The position numbers and the translations under genes were made by a program. Below the pieces are notes generated by a model, which worked only from the letters and a program-made list of their open reading frames with translations, had not been told where the DNA came from and made no database searches. A stretch of 64,000 bases of DNA from Octopus vulgaris (lineage: Eukaryota): the NCBI GenBank assembly GCA_951406725.2, contig OX597816.1:31682001-31746000 (forward strand), in the 5' to 3' direction. Numbering within the stretch: the stretch's first letter is position 1; every line of letters begins with the position of its first letter. This document shows, piece after piece, positions 26,036-39,532 of the stretch.

Positions 26036-26382
26036 CACGCACATGTATATATATATATATATATATATATACATAATTATTTGTGTGTGTGTGTGGAGGT
26101 GATTGCATTTATGAAAGGTCGAGAGACTCTCCTTAAAATTAATATGGTAAGTATATCTTAAATCAGTTACGCTTATTTTGACTTAAGGCAACAGTAGTTT
26201 GAGCTTTTTAAGTACTCATTTTGCATCCTAATCAACTTTCGTTTCGTTCCACGCATGGTTGACTTGAGCTTTTTGTTTAAATTGACACACTGAAAATCGA
26301 TTTACGCTGTATATTTTTTATGCAAATGAATTCTACAGACTAATACGTTTTTACTCCATTCTTCTCAATTCAGCAAATAATT

Positions 26383-26411
26383 TCTTCTTGTTCTTCTTGT
26401 TCTTGTTCTTT

Positions 26412-26442
<31 letters not shown>

Positions 26443-26447
26443 CCACC

Positions 26448-26513
<66 letters not shown>

Positions 26514-26712
26514 TTCTTCTTCTTCTTCTTCTTCTTCTTCTTCTTCTTCTTCTTCTTCTTCTTCTTCTTCTTCTACTTCTCCTTCTCCACCTCCTCTTGC
26601 CCTTCTCCATCTTCACCTACATCATCATCAACATCACCATCATTTCTTTCTCCTTCTTCTTATTTTTCTTCATCTTCTTCATCTCTTTCTTCTTCCCCTT
26701 CTACTTCTTCAC
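26383..26712. repeat. Compound triplet microsatellite (ATC)n(ACC)n(ATC)n(TTC)n plus degenerate TTC tract
   Basis: Direct sequence. Confidence 0.95.
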
Positions 26713-27151
26713 CTCCAATGTGCCCCGTCCTTTACGATGTGTGACCGTGCGCGCCTGTATACATAATTTGTAAAATAGTTTAACGTATTATCAAATAAAT
26801 TACAAATCTCAGTTGAGTAATAGGTTTCCTAACAGACATACATTCACAATATATCCGTGCGCTTTCACAGTAACTTCCTTTCTTGAGACATCATAATGAT
26901 TAGCATTCTATATACATCTCTCCCGAATTTAATCTGATAGACAGATGACTTAAATTGGAAGCATTTGGGTGTCTACGTCATAAACTGTGAAGCTTAAAGA
27001 ATGATTTTCCTAGATCCTGATGTTATGTGATGCAAATGCCTTAGTAAATGTCTCTTTCAACTGCCATGAAAATTCTGGTTGGTAATATAAATATTACCTT
27101 ATTTAGAAAAGGGTAATGGAAATATATTAATATAAAGGTGGAATATCAGAT

Positions 27152-27381
27152 AAGGCGACGAGCTGGCAGAACCGTTAGCACGCTGGACAAAATGTTTGGC
27201 GGCATTTCGTCTGCCGTTACGTTCTGAGTCCAAATTCCGTCGAGGTCGACTTTGACATTCATCCTTTCGGGGTCGATAAATTAAGTACCAGATACGCACT
27301 GGGTCGATGCAATTGACTTAATCCGTTTGTTTGTCCTTGTTTGACCCCTCTGTGTTTAGCCCCTTGTGGGTAGTAAAAAAT
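27152..27381 (+). mobile_element. Full-length SINE family A with 16-bp target-site duplication
   Basis: aggtggaatatcagat occurs at 27136-27151 and 27382-27397. Head ggcgacgagctggcagaaccgttagc, B-box-like gagtccaaattcc, core gaggtcgactttgacattcatcctttcggggtcgataaattaagtaccag. Confidence 0.93.
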
Positions 27382-27789
27382 AGGTGGAATATCAGATGCT
27401 TCATATTAAAGCTGGTAACATCATAATTGAAGCCTTGCCTTCCCAAGCATCTGCATGCGGCGTCATGTTCTCCAGTCGTTCTCTACAACAGTTACATGTT
27501 CACCGCTTGTGTTTGACTGGAATTCAATGTAGGTGTAAAAAATAGTTATGTTGGTGATTCTTCATTTCACATTCGCCAGGAAAAAAACCCAGCATTTTTC
27601 AATACGATTGACAAAATATTCTTTAACGTGACAATGCAAGGCGTAGCCCCATTACGCATATAAGTGTATATATATTATTTGTCCAAGAATTGTATATACA
27701 TACATACAATGATATATATATATATATATATATATAAAATAGATATATATGTTGATTGCCTCATCTTGAGAGTTGATAGCCGTCCCATC

Positions 27790-28295
27790 AACACACACAC
27801 CACATCCCATCACACAGTGCTATCACTCCGTTGATGATCCCTTAGACGACTTTCAAACTAGTTGCTGGCTGACAGGGCTTAAAACACAGGTGACATATTA
27901 TTCCAGATTCTTCTATCTCTCTGACATTTCAAATCTGATCCTGAAGGAATGATTTGGTTAATTGCATATGACTTTTTAAGTCCATATATTGTCTTACACG
28001 TTTTTGTGACATATGATACAAGTCATAAGAAAGGGTTGGCGTCCAAGATCATTACCTATCTAGGCATTACGATTTTCAAGTGACTTCATATGATTCACAT
28101 ATCCTGGTTTTGACAACAGAACACGCTCATATATAATACACATCCAATGTTCACTGTTGATTACAGTTCCAATTCTTCCTTTGCGACAGAACCTTTGAAT
28201 TAATGGTGCTGATTCGTCCTTTCTTCCCAGGCTTTACAACCAGCCCTGACAGCACCTCTCCGCTCGTTCCGATCTAGAGCACCATTTCCCTCTTC
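27790..28295 (-). mobile_element. RTE/BovB-like LINE 3' end
   Basis: Minus strand gives [21 protein letters not shown] and ERVLLSKPGYVNHMKSLE (C-terminal zinc-finger-like motif of RTE elements). Confidence 0.7.
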
Positions 28296-28339
28296 ATATT
28301 TGTTGGTATCTAATTTCTTCAGGTTTTGCTTCACACACT

Positions 28340-28383
<44 letters not shown>

Positions 28384-28428
28384 TATATGCTTATATACAT
28401 ATATATATATATATGCATATATACATAC

Positions 28429-28492
<64 letters not shown>

Positions 28493-28532
28493 GGTGGGTA
28501 TGTATGCATTTGAATATGAATATATGAATATA

Positions 28533-28660
28533 TAGGCACTTGTGAGTTTGTGAGGTAAGAATGTTGCTTCCAAATCAGGATGCTTCTAGATTTAGTAACA
28601 CTGCGTGATATCTTGGGCGTATTTTCTACTATAGCCTCGTTCTGACCAAGACATTTTCTC
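28533..28660 (+). mobile_element. Diverged SINE B 5' fragment
   Basis: taggcac...gtgaggtaagaatgttgcttccaaatc...cactgcgtgatatcttgggc...ttctactatagcctcg. Confidence 0.7.
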
Positions 28661-28929
28661 ATAAAAAAACAGGGACATTTTCGTATGACGCCGACAGAAA
28701 ATGTTTACGGAGCAATTGTTTTCACCTCAATAGAAGTCATTGATTGTTTGAAATTGCCGAAATTCAAGAAATTAAACAAGAAATATGTTACAAACTACAG
28801 ACTTTTCTCAAGAAACCCAAGAGAAAAACAGGTTTTATAAACACATTCTATTAGTATACGAAGTTTAAATTTTTTTAGTTACTTAGAATTTATTTTAAAA
28901 ATCTGCCGGTCAAATTGAAATGTTCTTAC

Positions 28930-29210
<281 letters not shown>

Positions 29211-29900
29211 CTCCTACGATTAGATTTCGTTGACATTCCGTCACCAATATTTCACTGAAAGCATTAGTCCAACCAATTCTGAAGAAGACTAACGCCCAAA
29301 CCTTAACCAATGACACTATGCAAAATGAGGTGAGTTTGAAAGAGATTTCTTAGCGACATAGTAACGAATTTTTAACGATTTCTTCCCGAAGTTGCGACAA
29401 ATGATACACTTGAACATTATATGTATAGTATTTTCAAATCTATAGTGAAGAAATCTAGAAATATGCTTCTGCAAATGTGGTTATTGCTTTGTTGAACATA
29501 TTTTTACATTCCTAAAAGAATATTTTTGCGCAATATTATTTTTGAATGTTTAAACATTTTCATTCTTTTTCTGAGTTAAAACTCAAAAAAAAGTTTTCAA
29601 TTCTCTTACGTCAGAGAGAAGTCCTTTAAAGTAAGAAAAAAATATTTACATAGATATCCTCAGAATATGTGTGAGTGTCATTGCGTTTCTGCATGTTTGT
29701 GTGTGTGTGTGTGTGTGTTTGTATATGCGTGTGTGTATGTGTGTATGCGTAAGAGAGAGATAGTCTGTCTGTGTGTGTGTGTGTGTGTGGGCTCGCGTGT
29801 CTATGTATACGTGCATAAATTTCAGTTCCCATAGGAAAATAACACTGCAGGTTTATGCTTCTTGTTGTAAGTACTTATTCTAAAAATTTATATATCTATG

Positions 29901-30050
<150 letters not shown>

Positions 30051-30329
30051 TATATTTGTGTATGTATATTCATAGTAAGAGTATATGTACATAAATTTCT
30101 ATGGTTGTATATGTGCACGAATGGTTTTTGCAACTGGACAACTTCAAGAACAGAAATGCCCGATTCATCTTACCATCAACATGTGTGAAGAAATTGTTCA
30201 TAGATTTGCTTCTCTCTTCTCGATAAAATAATCGCTGAATAAGTATTTGAACCATTGACATAGAACTTAGAAATGCATGTGGTTATGCGCCTATACGCAA
30301 GTGTCGATTATAAAAAGCTATATATATAT

Positions 30330-30552
30330 ATTTCTTTATTGCCCACAGGGGGTTAACAACAGAGGGGACAAACAAAGGGTTTAAGTCGATTATATCGACT
30401 TCAGTGCGTAACTGGTACGTATTTAATCGACCCCGAAAGGATGAAAGGCAAAGTAGACCTCGGCGGAATTCGAACTCAGAACATAACGGCAGACGAAATA
30501 CCGCTGAGCATTTCGCCCAGTGTGGTAACGATTCTGCCAGCTCACCACCTTA
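30330..30552 (-). mobile_element. Full-length SINE family A copy
   Basis: Reverse complement is colinear with 27152-27381 (cgaccccgaaaggatgaaaggcaaagtagacctcggcggaattcgaactcagaac...gattctgccagctcaccacc). Confidence 0.92.
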
Positions 30553-30656
30553 ATATATAAAGTTATATATGATCTATTACACACACATACACACTCACTA
30601 ATTTATACATGTATACACGCACACAAGTATATATGTATACATATATACTTATCTAT

Positions 30657-30961
30657 GGAGGCGCAATGGCCCAGTGGTTAGGGCAGCGGACTCGCGGTCG
30701 TAGGATCGCGGTTTCGATTCCCAGACCGGGCGTTGTGTGTTTATTGAGCGAAAACACCTAAAGCTCCACGAGGCTCCGACAGAGGGTGGTGGCGATCTCT
30801 GCTGTACTTTTTCGCCACAGCTTTCTCCCACACTTTCTTCTGTTGGCCTGCTCGCTAAGCCAGCAGGCTAAAAAACAATGCTAAAAAACAATGCGAAGCG
30901 CATTGTGACCAGCGATGTGTAGCAAAATCTGCTAGCCTGGTCGGTCACGGTGATCACGGTG
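30657..30961 (+). mobile_element. tRNA-derived SINE family C with TSD
   Basis: tRNA-like head ggcgcaatggcccagtggttagggcagcggactcgcggtcgtaggatcgcggtttcgattccc with A box TGGCCCAGTGG and B box GGTTTCGATTCC. Tail (tcacggtga)x2. TSD atatatacttat at 30641-30652 and 30962-30973. Confidence 0.88.
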
Positions 30962-32234
30962 ATATATACTTATATATATACACGCACATATATATGCGAG
31001 AGCGTACATATATTTGCCGACTTTATAACAAGAAAATGTAGCACTTACTGATATTCTCGTTATTATATGCATTTATAAATGTTTTAATTCAGGTCCACAC
31101 CGCTTCATTTCTGTGGATGTAGAATGCTTCAATGTCCTCTCATGATATGTTAATGGCCAGTATGGAAAGTACCTATTTATGACTTCTTCTTCCGAGCTTT
31201 TACACATCCACTCGTCAGTCTGTGTCACGTGTTCTATTTCAAGCAATCACTGGTATGTTAGTTGCTAGACTGCCAGAAGCACATCTTAAAGTAAACAGGT
31301 CTTGATCATTAGTGGTCAGGATACCCGTTGCTTTTGCAATGAAGAACACCAAGGCATAGATTTGTATAACCCGGTTTATAGCAGCCAAAAGATTCAAATT
31401 CTTTGAAATGATATACACATGCGTTTGACGCTAAAACAGTCTGGTTTTCATTCATGGTATAAAACTTCTTGCAAAATATGAATGTGGCAAACAGTATACC
31501 CGTTAAGAAGCAAGTGGAATTCATTGACCCGATGTTAACGTAAATGAACTGATAATGAATGTATCAGCTTAAACCAAGCAGACCGCTCACATACTGGGAC
31601 AGACTCGCACACACACACACGCACACACGCACACACACACACACACACACGCACGCACGCACACATGCATGCACGCTCGAACGCACGCACATGCGCGCAT
31701 ACAAACATACATACGTGCCTGTTTTTTTCCTACTAGGTTTCTTTCTTGTGTGTATATGTTTACGTATGATTATAAGTTTACAAAACTGGAAGTAATTAAT
31801 CCGTTGTAAATTAGATTATGTTAGCATATTACAAGAACTAGATGGAAGCAGACAAAAGCACTATACGAAGCATAACTCTCATGATGGTACTTAAAATATT
31901 AGAATTAAAACTCTTGAGATGTTTAATAATACCATATGTTTCTAAGAATTTGAAAAAGTGTGAATAGAATAACAACAGTAACTTCATTAGTTTTATGGCG
32001 GTATATATCTGCATTTTAATATTCGTGTAATTGTTTTGTGCTTGTGTTGCTACATTTGATAAGAAAGGTTTGCAATGTGACATCGTTTGTGTTTATCTGT
32101 TTAGTAAAATTAGTTATCGACGTTGAAATGCAGAGTACGTTTCTGAAGTCAAAAGCGAAAAATGGTCGTTGGAATTATGTTAGAACCGAAATGATGACAG
32201 AATTGTATAGATCGAGAATCTTACTATATGATAT

Positions 32235-32256
32235 GTATATGTACATTATATATATG

Positions 32257-32289
<33 letters not shown>

Positions 32290-32322
32290 ATATATGCGTA
32301 TATATATGTATATGCATATATA

Positions 32323-32418
<96 letters not shown>
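32235..32418. repeat. (TA)n/(TG)n compound microsatellite
   Basis: Direct sequence. Confidence 0.95.
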
Positions 32419-32419
<1 letters not shown>

Positions 32420-34386
32420 TTAAGTATAAAGTGACCTCTGTCAGAAAAAGCTGATAGTAGATTGAACGCCTCGGTTCAGTAAAACGTCTGGAATAAAGAT
32501 TGAGAAAAATTTTGATTGATAACGAAAATATCTCACAAAGGAAACTTTTGTTCGATAAAGAAGATTTACAGTTCAGCAAGCTAAAAGTTACTTATCTATT
32601 AATGTCTATCGCAAGATATGCTTTTCCAAAATGTCTGAAACAAATGAATACGAGAAAGATATTGGAATTCGGAAATTGTACTTTACGACCTTCAAGTGTA
32701 CACTTGATTAAGATGGTTATATCCTGTGTAAAGATATTCTGTGATATGTGGTTCACATACATTTGAATCAAGGCAATAATTCTTGGCTATTGTTCTTGAG
32801 GGGCAAGAAGAAGTATCAATCACAAGGGAGGATCACATATCAACCAGAATTGAGGAATATCCAAACATGATCGGGTAACTCGAATGCATAAACCTGGAAA
32901 GTTCAGCATATTAACAGGTACCACGGAAATGTTTATAAACAAAGTCTTCACTGGTATACATAAAGGAAAACAGTGGCTTAAAACAGTATTATGGACGTAG
33001 CATGATTGGGAGGCATGGTGCATCACATTCCAAGACACTTACACTCATCCACGAACTCAAAAAGCGCAATCCTTGCGGGAAATTTGAAACAAAACATGCG
33101 TGAAATATGCTTATTTAATCATCTCAAAATCTTGCATTCTGCAATAATATAGCTTGTAAGTAATGGCTTGCGAAGATGCAACGGTTACCTTAAAGTCAAG
33201 AAAAACAAAAAATATTCACTTTTGTGAACGTAAGAATGTCCCCCGCTTAAAATTATCTACAATCCATATATAATATTTTCAATCAACAAATGAGGATTTT
33301 CTAGCATTGAACAAAACATTTGTTTTCAAAGAGACTTAAATGATTAGAAAAAGTCAGGGATATTAGTAATGTAATATTTGAGTGGAAAGGTAGAGCTGCT
33401 ATTGACGTGTATATCAATATACTCCGAGTTGAACGTATGACAATATTTGATGTGGATATTGAGGTAACACAGAAAAACATTAGGAAAATCCGTCGGCCAA
33501 ATTTGCATATTTAAGATTTTAATTTTAATTTCTTTAAATACAAAAACAGAAATATATTGAACTGATCTCATATTCTTTAACTTACATTTCAGCTCTGATA
33601 ACTGGCCGAACCAAACTTGTCATTGATCTCCTTACAGAACCTATGGTTCATTGAAACTTTTTGTTAAATGATAGTCGTTATTTGTTGACCATCAGTTGTA
33701 ACTGAAATCGTTGCAGTATTCTCTGAATTTTCCGTTTCGCATTGTACAATATTTTATTCTTTTAGTTTCAAGTCAAAAGTGTAATACTGAAGTGTTTTGT
33801 GAGTTAATTTATGGACATTTTAAATTTCTTCAGTTTAAAATAAAAAGCATATATATTTTCCAACAAACTAAATTTTGCGTAGGTTTCTCTTTATACTAAC
33901 ACATACTTATTTACCAGTAATTCCCAAAACAATTCCGTTGTCAATGAAACAATACTTTTCAGTAAATAAAATGTCTCTAAATCTCATGTATTTGAAACTT
34001 GTGTGCTTTATATACTGCAAGTTAGGAACACACACATAGTGTACTTACATCATAAAGCAGATTCGCGTAAAGAAGTGAAATTCTGAAAAATATAAAAAAA
34101 AAATCAAAATATGACTTGAATTACCCACTACAATTTGACCAAGTTCCTATTTGCCTATTTGGGAGGTATAGGCGAAACCTCTCCTAGGGTTCGAAATGCC
34201 TGAGCAGGTTAGTGAAGCGTTTGCACCCTCAACGTCCTGCCTGCTATTTCTTCATAATGTATCCTTGTGTCTCAGATTTCACTTAACACAAATGAGCGAG
34301 ATATTCCAAACAGAATTTGTAGCCGTCTAAAGAGATTCGCCCCCTCCAGCTACTCACTGGGCATATACTGTCACTAGTCCGAAGGC

Positions 34387-35040
34387 TCACCCGTTTCTGC
34401 GTGAGTCCAACCGGTCTAGGAAAACCTTATTCATCTTCAAATGAAAGACTTTCCGAAACGCACTTTGATTCAGGCCAACCGGAGGAAGATTAAACCTCGT
34501 AGTCATCCAAAAGAATTGTAAGCGATTACATTTCGGAAATCGTAATTTCATTAGTAGCAACTGCATAAAGCCGTAGTGAACTGAATTGGTTGTTACATTT
34601 CTTGCCCATAAACGTTCAGGATTAATCGGAACATATGTATCGTTACCCACTCTCCATCTTTTCACTTTTGTGTACCGGTTTATGATCATCCACTCAAAAG
34701 GATTTGTCTCATCCGATACCTCTTCTGTATCAGAAGAGTCTGTAGGATTTCCGAAGGCCATATTTCTTCTCTGCTGTTGTATTTGATGTCGTGATTGCCA
34801 CTGCTTTCCTCTTTGTGATTGGGAATATAAGAGGCGCGTGTGGAACGTATCTCATCTTCTTTAGAGTAGGGCAGGAAATGTTTCGTGACCAGATTTGCGA
34901 CAGATATAACATCTGGGTTTCATATTCTCAACGATCACTCGCATTTGATCGCACTCTCTGAAGCAGAAAAGTTCGGGAAAGCAAAGTTTTCTTCCGGAAC
35001 CACCAAACTGGGAGCTCCGCTGATGCTTTAGTTCTCCTCC
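34387..35040 (-). pseudogene. Gag/ORF1-like remnant with a CCHC zinc knuckle (retroelement-derived)
   Basis: Minus strand 35040-34868 reads ...DQMRVIVENMKPRCYICRKSGHE, then a frameshift, then ISCPTLKK, giving CX2CX4HX4C. It is followed by the 124-aa ORF 34387-34761 and is more GC-rich than its flanks. Confidence 0.6.
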
Positions 35041-35529
35041 CCTTGTCGGATGAATATTATGCTTATTATCTGTCCGTTCTCCTCTACGTACTTTGGCCTG
35101 GTCCTCAAGAGGAGGAAGGTCTTAGAACCTGACCTTTGTCACACGTCACCATATGTATAAGTGGAGCATCACGTACTGGTTAGAATAGCGGGTTATAGTA
35201 GCCATCATGCGCGCTTCCTGTTCGTTGTTACCTAAGTACCATACAGGCTACCTTGACAGCTATACACTAAAGAGGACCGAAGACATTCGAGACATCTTCC
35301 CGTTTCAACTGAGGTAGGGTTACGTAGTTTTCTCTTTCTGCAATTAATTCTTCTGTAAGATATCGTTGTATTTTCAGTGAAAATCCTTTCCTCTTCCGGG
35401 AGTGGTATAACACAGGGTTGAAAGATATATTTCAGATAAATATATATATGTATATATATATATATATATATAAATGTCCCTCAAGATAAAATGTTCTCAA
35501 TGAAAGAATACGAAATCTTTCTCACAATA

Positions 35530-35844
35530 AGGATCTGCAAATTAAAATCACATAAATGCGGAAGCGTAGTATAACGATAATACCAGCAGTAATTAGTGCG
35601 CTGGGAATTATAAAGAAGAGAGCTGAAAAACATACTTAGCAACACCTTGGTAACTGCAATCTCCGTGAACTACAAAAGATAACCTTGTTGGGTACAGCTC
35701 ATATACTAAGAAAATCACTCCGTGGTGATAATTTTATCATGCATAGTAAAACAAAGGTGCCCCTGCTACTCTTGGCCTCCGCACGATGCCCGGTACCAAT
35801 GCAGCTGATATTAAGTGAAGAAATTATTTAAATGAAAAATAACC

Positions 35845-35879
<35 letters not shown>

Positions 35880-35960
35880 AATTATAATAATAATAATTAT
35901 TATTATTATAATTATAATTATAATAATAATGAAAATAAAAATAATAGTAATAATAATAAT
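35530..35960 (+). mobile_element. R4/Dong-clade LINE 3' end with (TAA)n tail
   Basis: IIPAVISALGIIKK...NLRELQKITLLGTAHILRKSL is the canonical RLE-LINE C-terminus. A short UTR follows, then (TAA)n at 35845-35960. Confidence 0.88.
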
Positions 35961-35964
35961 ACAC

Positions 35965-36498
35965 ATCGGCTCTCATGGCTTCTTATCTTAACTGATTGAA
36001 ACTGTTATCATGTACATTGTTTTGTCTTGGTGTAAATGATGTGCTACAGCAAATATTCTGCTCAATGCCAGAGATTTGCTTGTCAGTTGTTTGACCTTAA
36101 CCAGTTGAGCATGTCCCTGGTGAATGACGATGTGTGCATCTCTGATCGTGGGCAGAAGTAGTGGGAGAGCATCATAGTCATGTGTTAAAAGGTATTCTTT
36201 GGGGTTTGAATAATTCACTTGTGGAAACATTGATGTTTTGTTCAACATCCTTTAAACAAACCTTATTCAGGGACCATTTGAGGGGGATGGGTTACTCGAC
36301 AAGAAGAAAATTCTAACTGAGTACCACCTGCAAACTCATGTGCTGTTTATCTTGATATGAGATCACCATGTCACTCACACATGGTTGTGATGGATGTGCT
36401 GGGTTTACCCTTATCAGACGGGTAGTCATGATGTATATACTAGACTTTGTATATTTTACCCCAGTGTCACTTTGATGGCATGCACTGCTCTCTCACTC

Positions 36499-36540
<42 letters not shown>
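35965..36540 (+). mobile_element. Unclassified (TAA)n-flanked repeat 'X', longest copy
   Basis: Homologous to 9360-9555 and 63585-64000 (both inverted). Bounded on both sides by TAA repeats. No ORF or tRNA head recognised. Confidence 0.8.
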
Positions 36541-36541
<1 letters not shown>

Positions 36542-36749
36542 GACACTCACTAGTATTCAGCTTTTATCGAGTGGCCTGCAATAATGATTTGTTTATAGTG
36601 ATCAAATATGCGTGCTGAACCTTAGCTTACTCCCGTCAGCAAATCCATGTTGCCTTAGAAAGGTTCACAGCGTAAGCACGCGTGAAGTTTCAGAGTGATC
36701 GCTGAGCAACGTGAGGTAAAGGAACGGCGGCAAAACCATAACGGCTAGG

Positions 36750-36912
36750 CGACGACGACGACGACGACGACGACGAAGAAGAAGAAGAAGAAGAAGAAGA
36801 AGAAGAAGAAGAAGAAGAAGAAGAAGGAGAAGAAGAAGAAGAAGAAGAAGAAGAAGAAGAAGAAGAAGAAGAAGAAGAAGAAGAAGAAGAACAACAACAA
36901 CAACAACAACAT
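36750..36912. repeat. (GAC)n(GAA)n(CAA)n compound microsatellite
   Basis: Direct sequence. Confidence 0.95.
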
Positions 36913-37599
36913 CACTTATTCAACTCGTATACTTTTATATGGCTCCTACTTGAAGAATAACGAACATCTTTCAAAGTAATTTTTTACTTTTTACTTATTT
37001 TCATTACTTAGATTTCCGGTTAATATAGCAGTCCGGTATAATTACTTCCATGTCGTAGTCCTCCCCTATACGGTAAACAAAAATACAACAATATTTATGT
37101 CAGTGTGATCGAACACAATTTCTTTAGCTAGATTAAGTTTATGCATTTGTGAATTACTATTTTCTAATTTAAACTTAGCTAAAAGAAACGCCATTTGGTT
37201 TTTCTAAAGCTGTGTGTAATTGCACTACAACATTGACATGGAATATTGCAATATTAGAATGTAAACACAAAAGTGCCTAAATCAAGCTTTCGTATTTTGT
37301 AGAATTTTAGACATCCAAGAATTATAGATATATATCGAAATTAGTATAATATAAAAGAAAAACGTGTTAGCAATATTCTTTTGTTTTCAGAAGGATATTT
37401 TGTGAACAGCTATATATAAATTCATGCTGTTTTCGATGCCTCTATGCCTGCTTTTACAGCTTAACTTTATAAGGAATGGTGTAGAAAAATGTCTTATGCT
37501 CAGGCTATACTCTATATTTCAAACGATTGAAGTTTAACAGAAAACCCTTAGTAAGAGGAGGAAAAATAACTTACCAATATCATGCATCGACTACCGTAA

Positions 37600-38360
37600 T
37601 GCTTACGATAAGATCCCACACTCTTGGATAATGGAACGTATGAACCTATTTGGTATTGCATCGAATGTTCAGCGATTGCTTGGAAAAAGTATGGCGAAGT
37701 GGAGGACGGATCTGGCAGCATAGGGAAGGAGATTAGGACCAGTAGAAATCAGGAGAGGCACTTTCTAAGGGGACTACCTGTCGCCACTGGTCTTTGTACT
37801 GTGCTTGATAGAACTAACACTGATTGCGAGGAAAGCTAAAGCTGGGTATGTATTCAAACCCCGCCAACAAAAAGTCAACCATTTGTTATTTATGACCTCA
37901 AACCTTATAGTAAAGATGAAGCCCAAATCAGTAACCACGCTCATACGATGTTTACCTTCAGTGTTGATATCAGACTAGTGTTAGGACTGAGAGAGTGTGA
38001 TGTGTTAGACTTGAAGAAAGACTAAATAAAACGGATGGACGGGCTATCGATACCCTCGGGGGAGGCTATGAAGCAGATAAAAGAGACGGGCGATTTTGGA
38101 AATGGATAAATTGGAAGAAAAAGAAAAGTAAGAAAAAATTAAGGTGGAGTACTTGCGTAGACTGGGCCTGAAACTTAAGTCGAAATTAAACAGACGGAAT
38201 AAGATTGAAGCTACCAACACCAGGGCGGTTCCACTCCTTAGATATAGAACAGGGTTATCGCAAGGACAGCAGACGAATTAAACAGATTAGGTAGAAAGAT
38301 AAGGAAGTTGTTAACTAGATATGAGACTCGCCAGCCAAAAGTGACACAGACAGACTATGA
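37600..38360 (+). mobile_element. R4/Dong-clade RT fragment
   Basis: GDYLSPLVFVLCLIELTLIARKAKAGYVF...KVNHLLF(M-D)DLKPYSKDE; LKSKLNRRNKIEATNTRAVPLLRYRTG; RLGRKIRKLLT. Confidence 0.85.
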
Positions 38361-39532
38361 ATGGGGTAATATTATCAAAAATATTCGTGGTATAGTAGCG
38401 AATCCTTACAATAGGATGTATAAAATTTTCTGCACAAACGCCACAATAATCAAGGCAATTTCTGCATAAGTGCTATAATGCCATAGACAACATGGATCGT
38501 TCTTAATTCTGTCCTAAACGTACTTGGAGTAAATATTGTATAAGCTACCGATAAACTAAGTACCAGGCTTAGACAAATATGTACTGGAACCGGCTAGTTG
38601 TACAAAAACCCTTCAGGGTGGTGCCCAAGCATCTCCACATCCCATAGGATAAAGGTAACAGACGCAGCCCCGGAAGTAAAAATGTTATGCTATTCCAGGA
38701 ATGTGCATGGCATCTGATTGATATATTTCCTACAATGAGAATCTCATTAGTATATTCCTCACAATAAGAATACTAGGATATATAAAATGTGTGCGTTATT
38801 GATTGCCTCGCTGTATTTCGCAAACTATGTTATGAATGTGCAGCTGAAACGTTTCTCTATATGTTTTCCAGTAAGTATCTTGACATTACCTCAAAAGCAA
38901 AAAAAACACACTTGTTTCAAATCGTGAATATTAAAGCTGCTGCTGCAGATGAAGATGACGATGACAATTAAGAGGAGGACGAGGAAGAAGGGGAAGAGGA
39001 GAGGAGAGAGGCAGGAAAAGCAAATGTTTGGTACAAGTCCAGCAGATTTCGAGTTGATGATGAGACGATTACATTCATGACTCTGACTCAAACATACATT
39101 ATCGACTCCGAAAGATTTACAGGTTAAATCGAACATATCGGAATGCTTTAACTCACAAGTAAAGATACCGCTAATCATTTTTCTCGGTGTACTAACAACT
39201 TTCTCTCTAAAATTTTAATTCAACGTATGTCCTCTTTTAAGCAAAACAGTGAACCTATATCACAAAGCAAATTTTTCCCCCATCCCCCAATTATTTATAA
39301 ACACATTTCTGCTAGTAAGTCACCTTGATATATCGTATAAACTCTTGTGGCAGGTTTATATTCCATTCCATACACTCATTTATTATTATTCATTTGAACG
39401 ATACAATTTAAGTAATATTTGCCTTACATTTTTATCAAGCCGAGTAATCGTGTGTATGATATTTCGATCAGCGATGTAAATCTAAGTTCTTAAGAGATGA
39501 AATCTAAACAAATAAAATAATAATTTACTTAC

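Noticed and set aside
30657-30735. Functional tRNA gene
   Set aside because: A and B boxes are present, but the acceptor stem does not close and the sequence continues into a SINE body with tail and TSD.
31093-31252. Plus-strand AG...GTATGT exon-like segment
   Set aside because: Stop codons in all three frames.
33300-33510. KFGRRIFLMFF on the minus strand resembling an MFS transporter motif
   Set aside because: No acceptor AG at the expected position, no donor, and no other transporter exons recognised.
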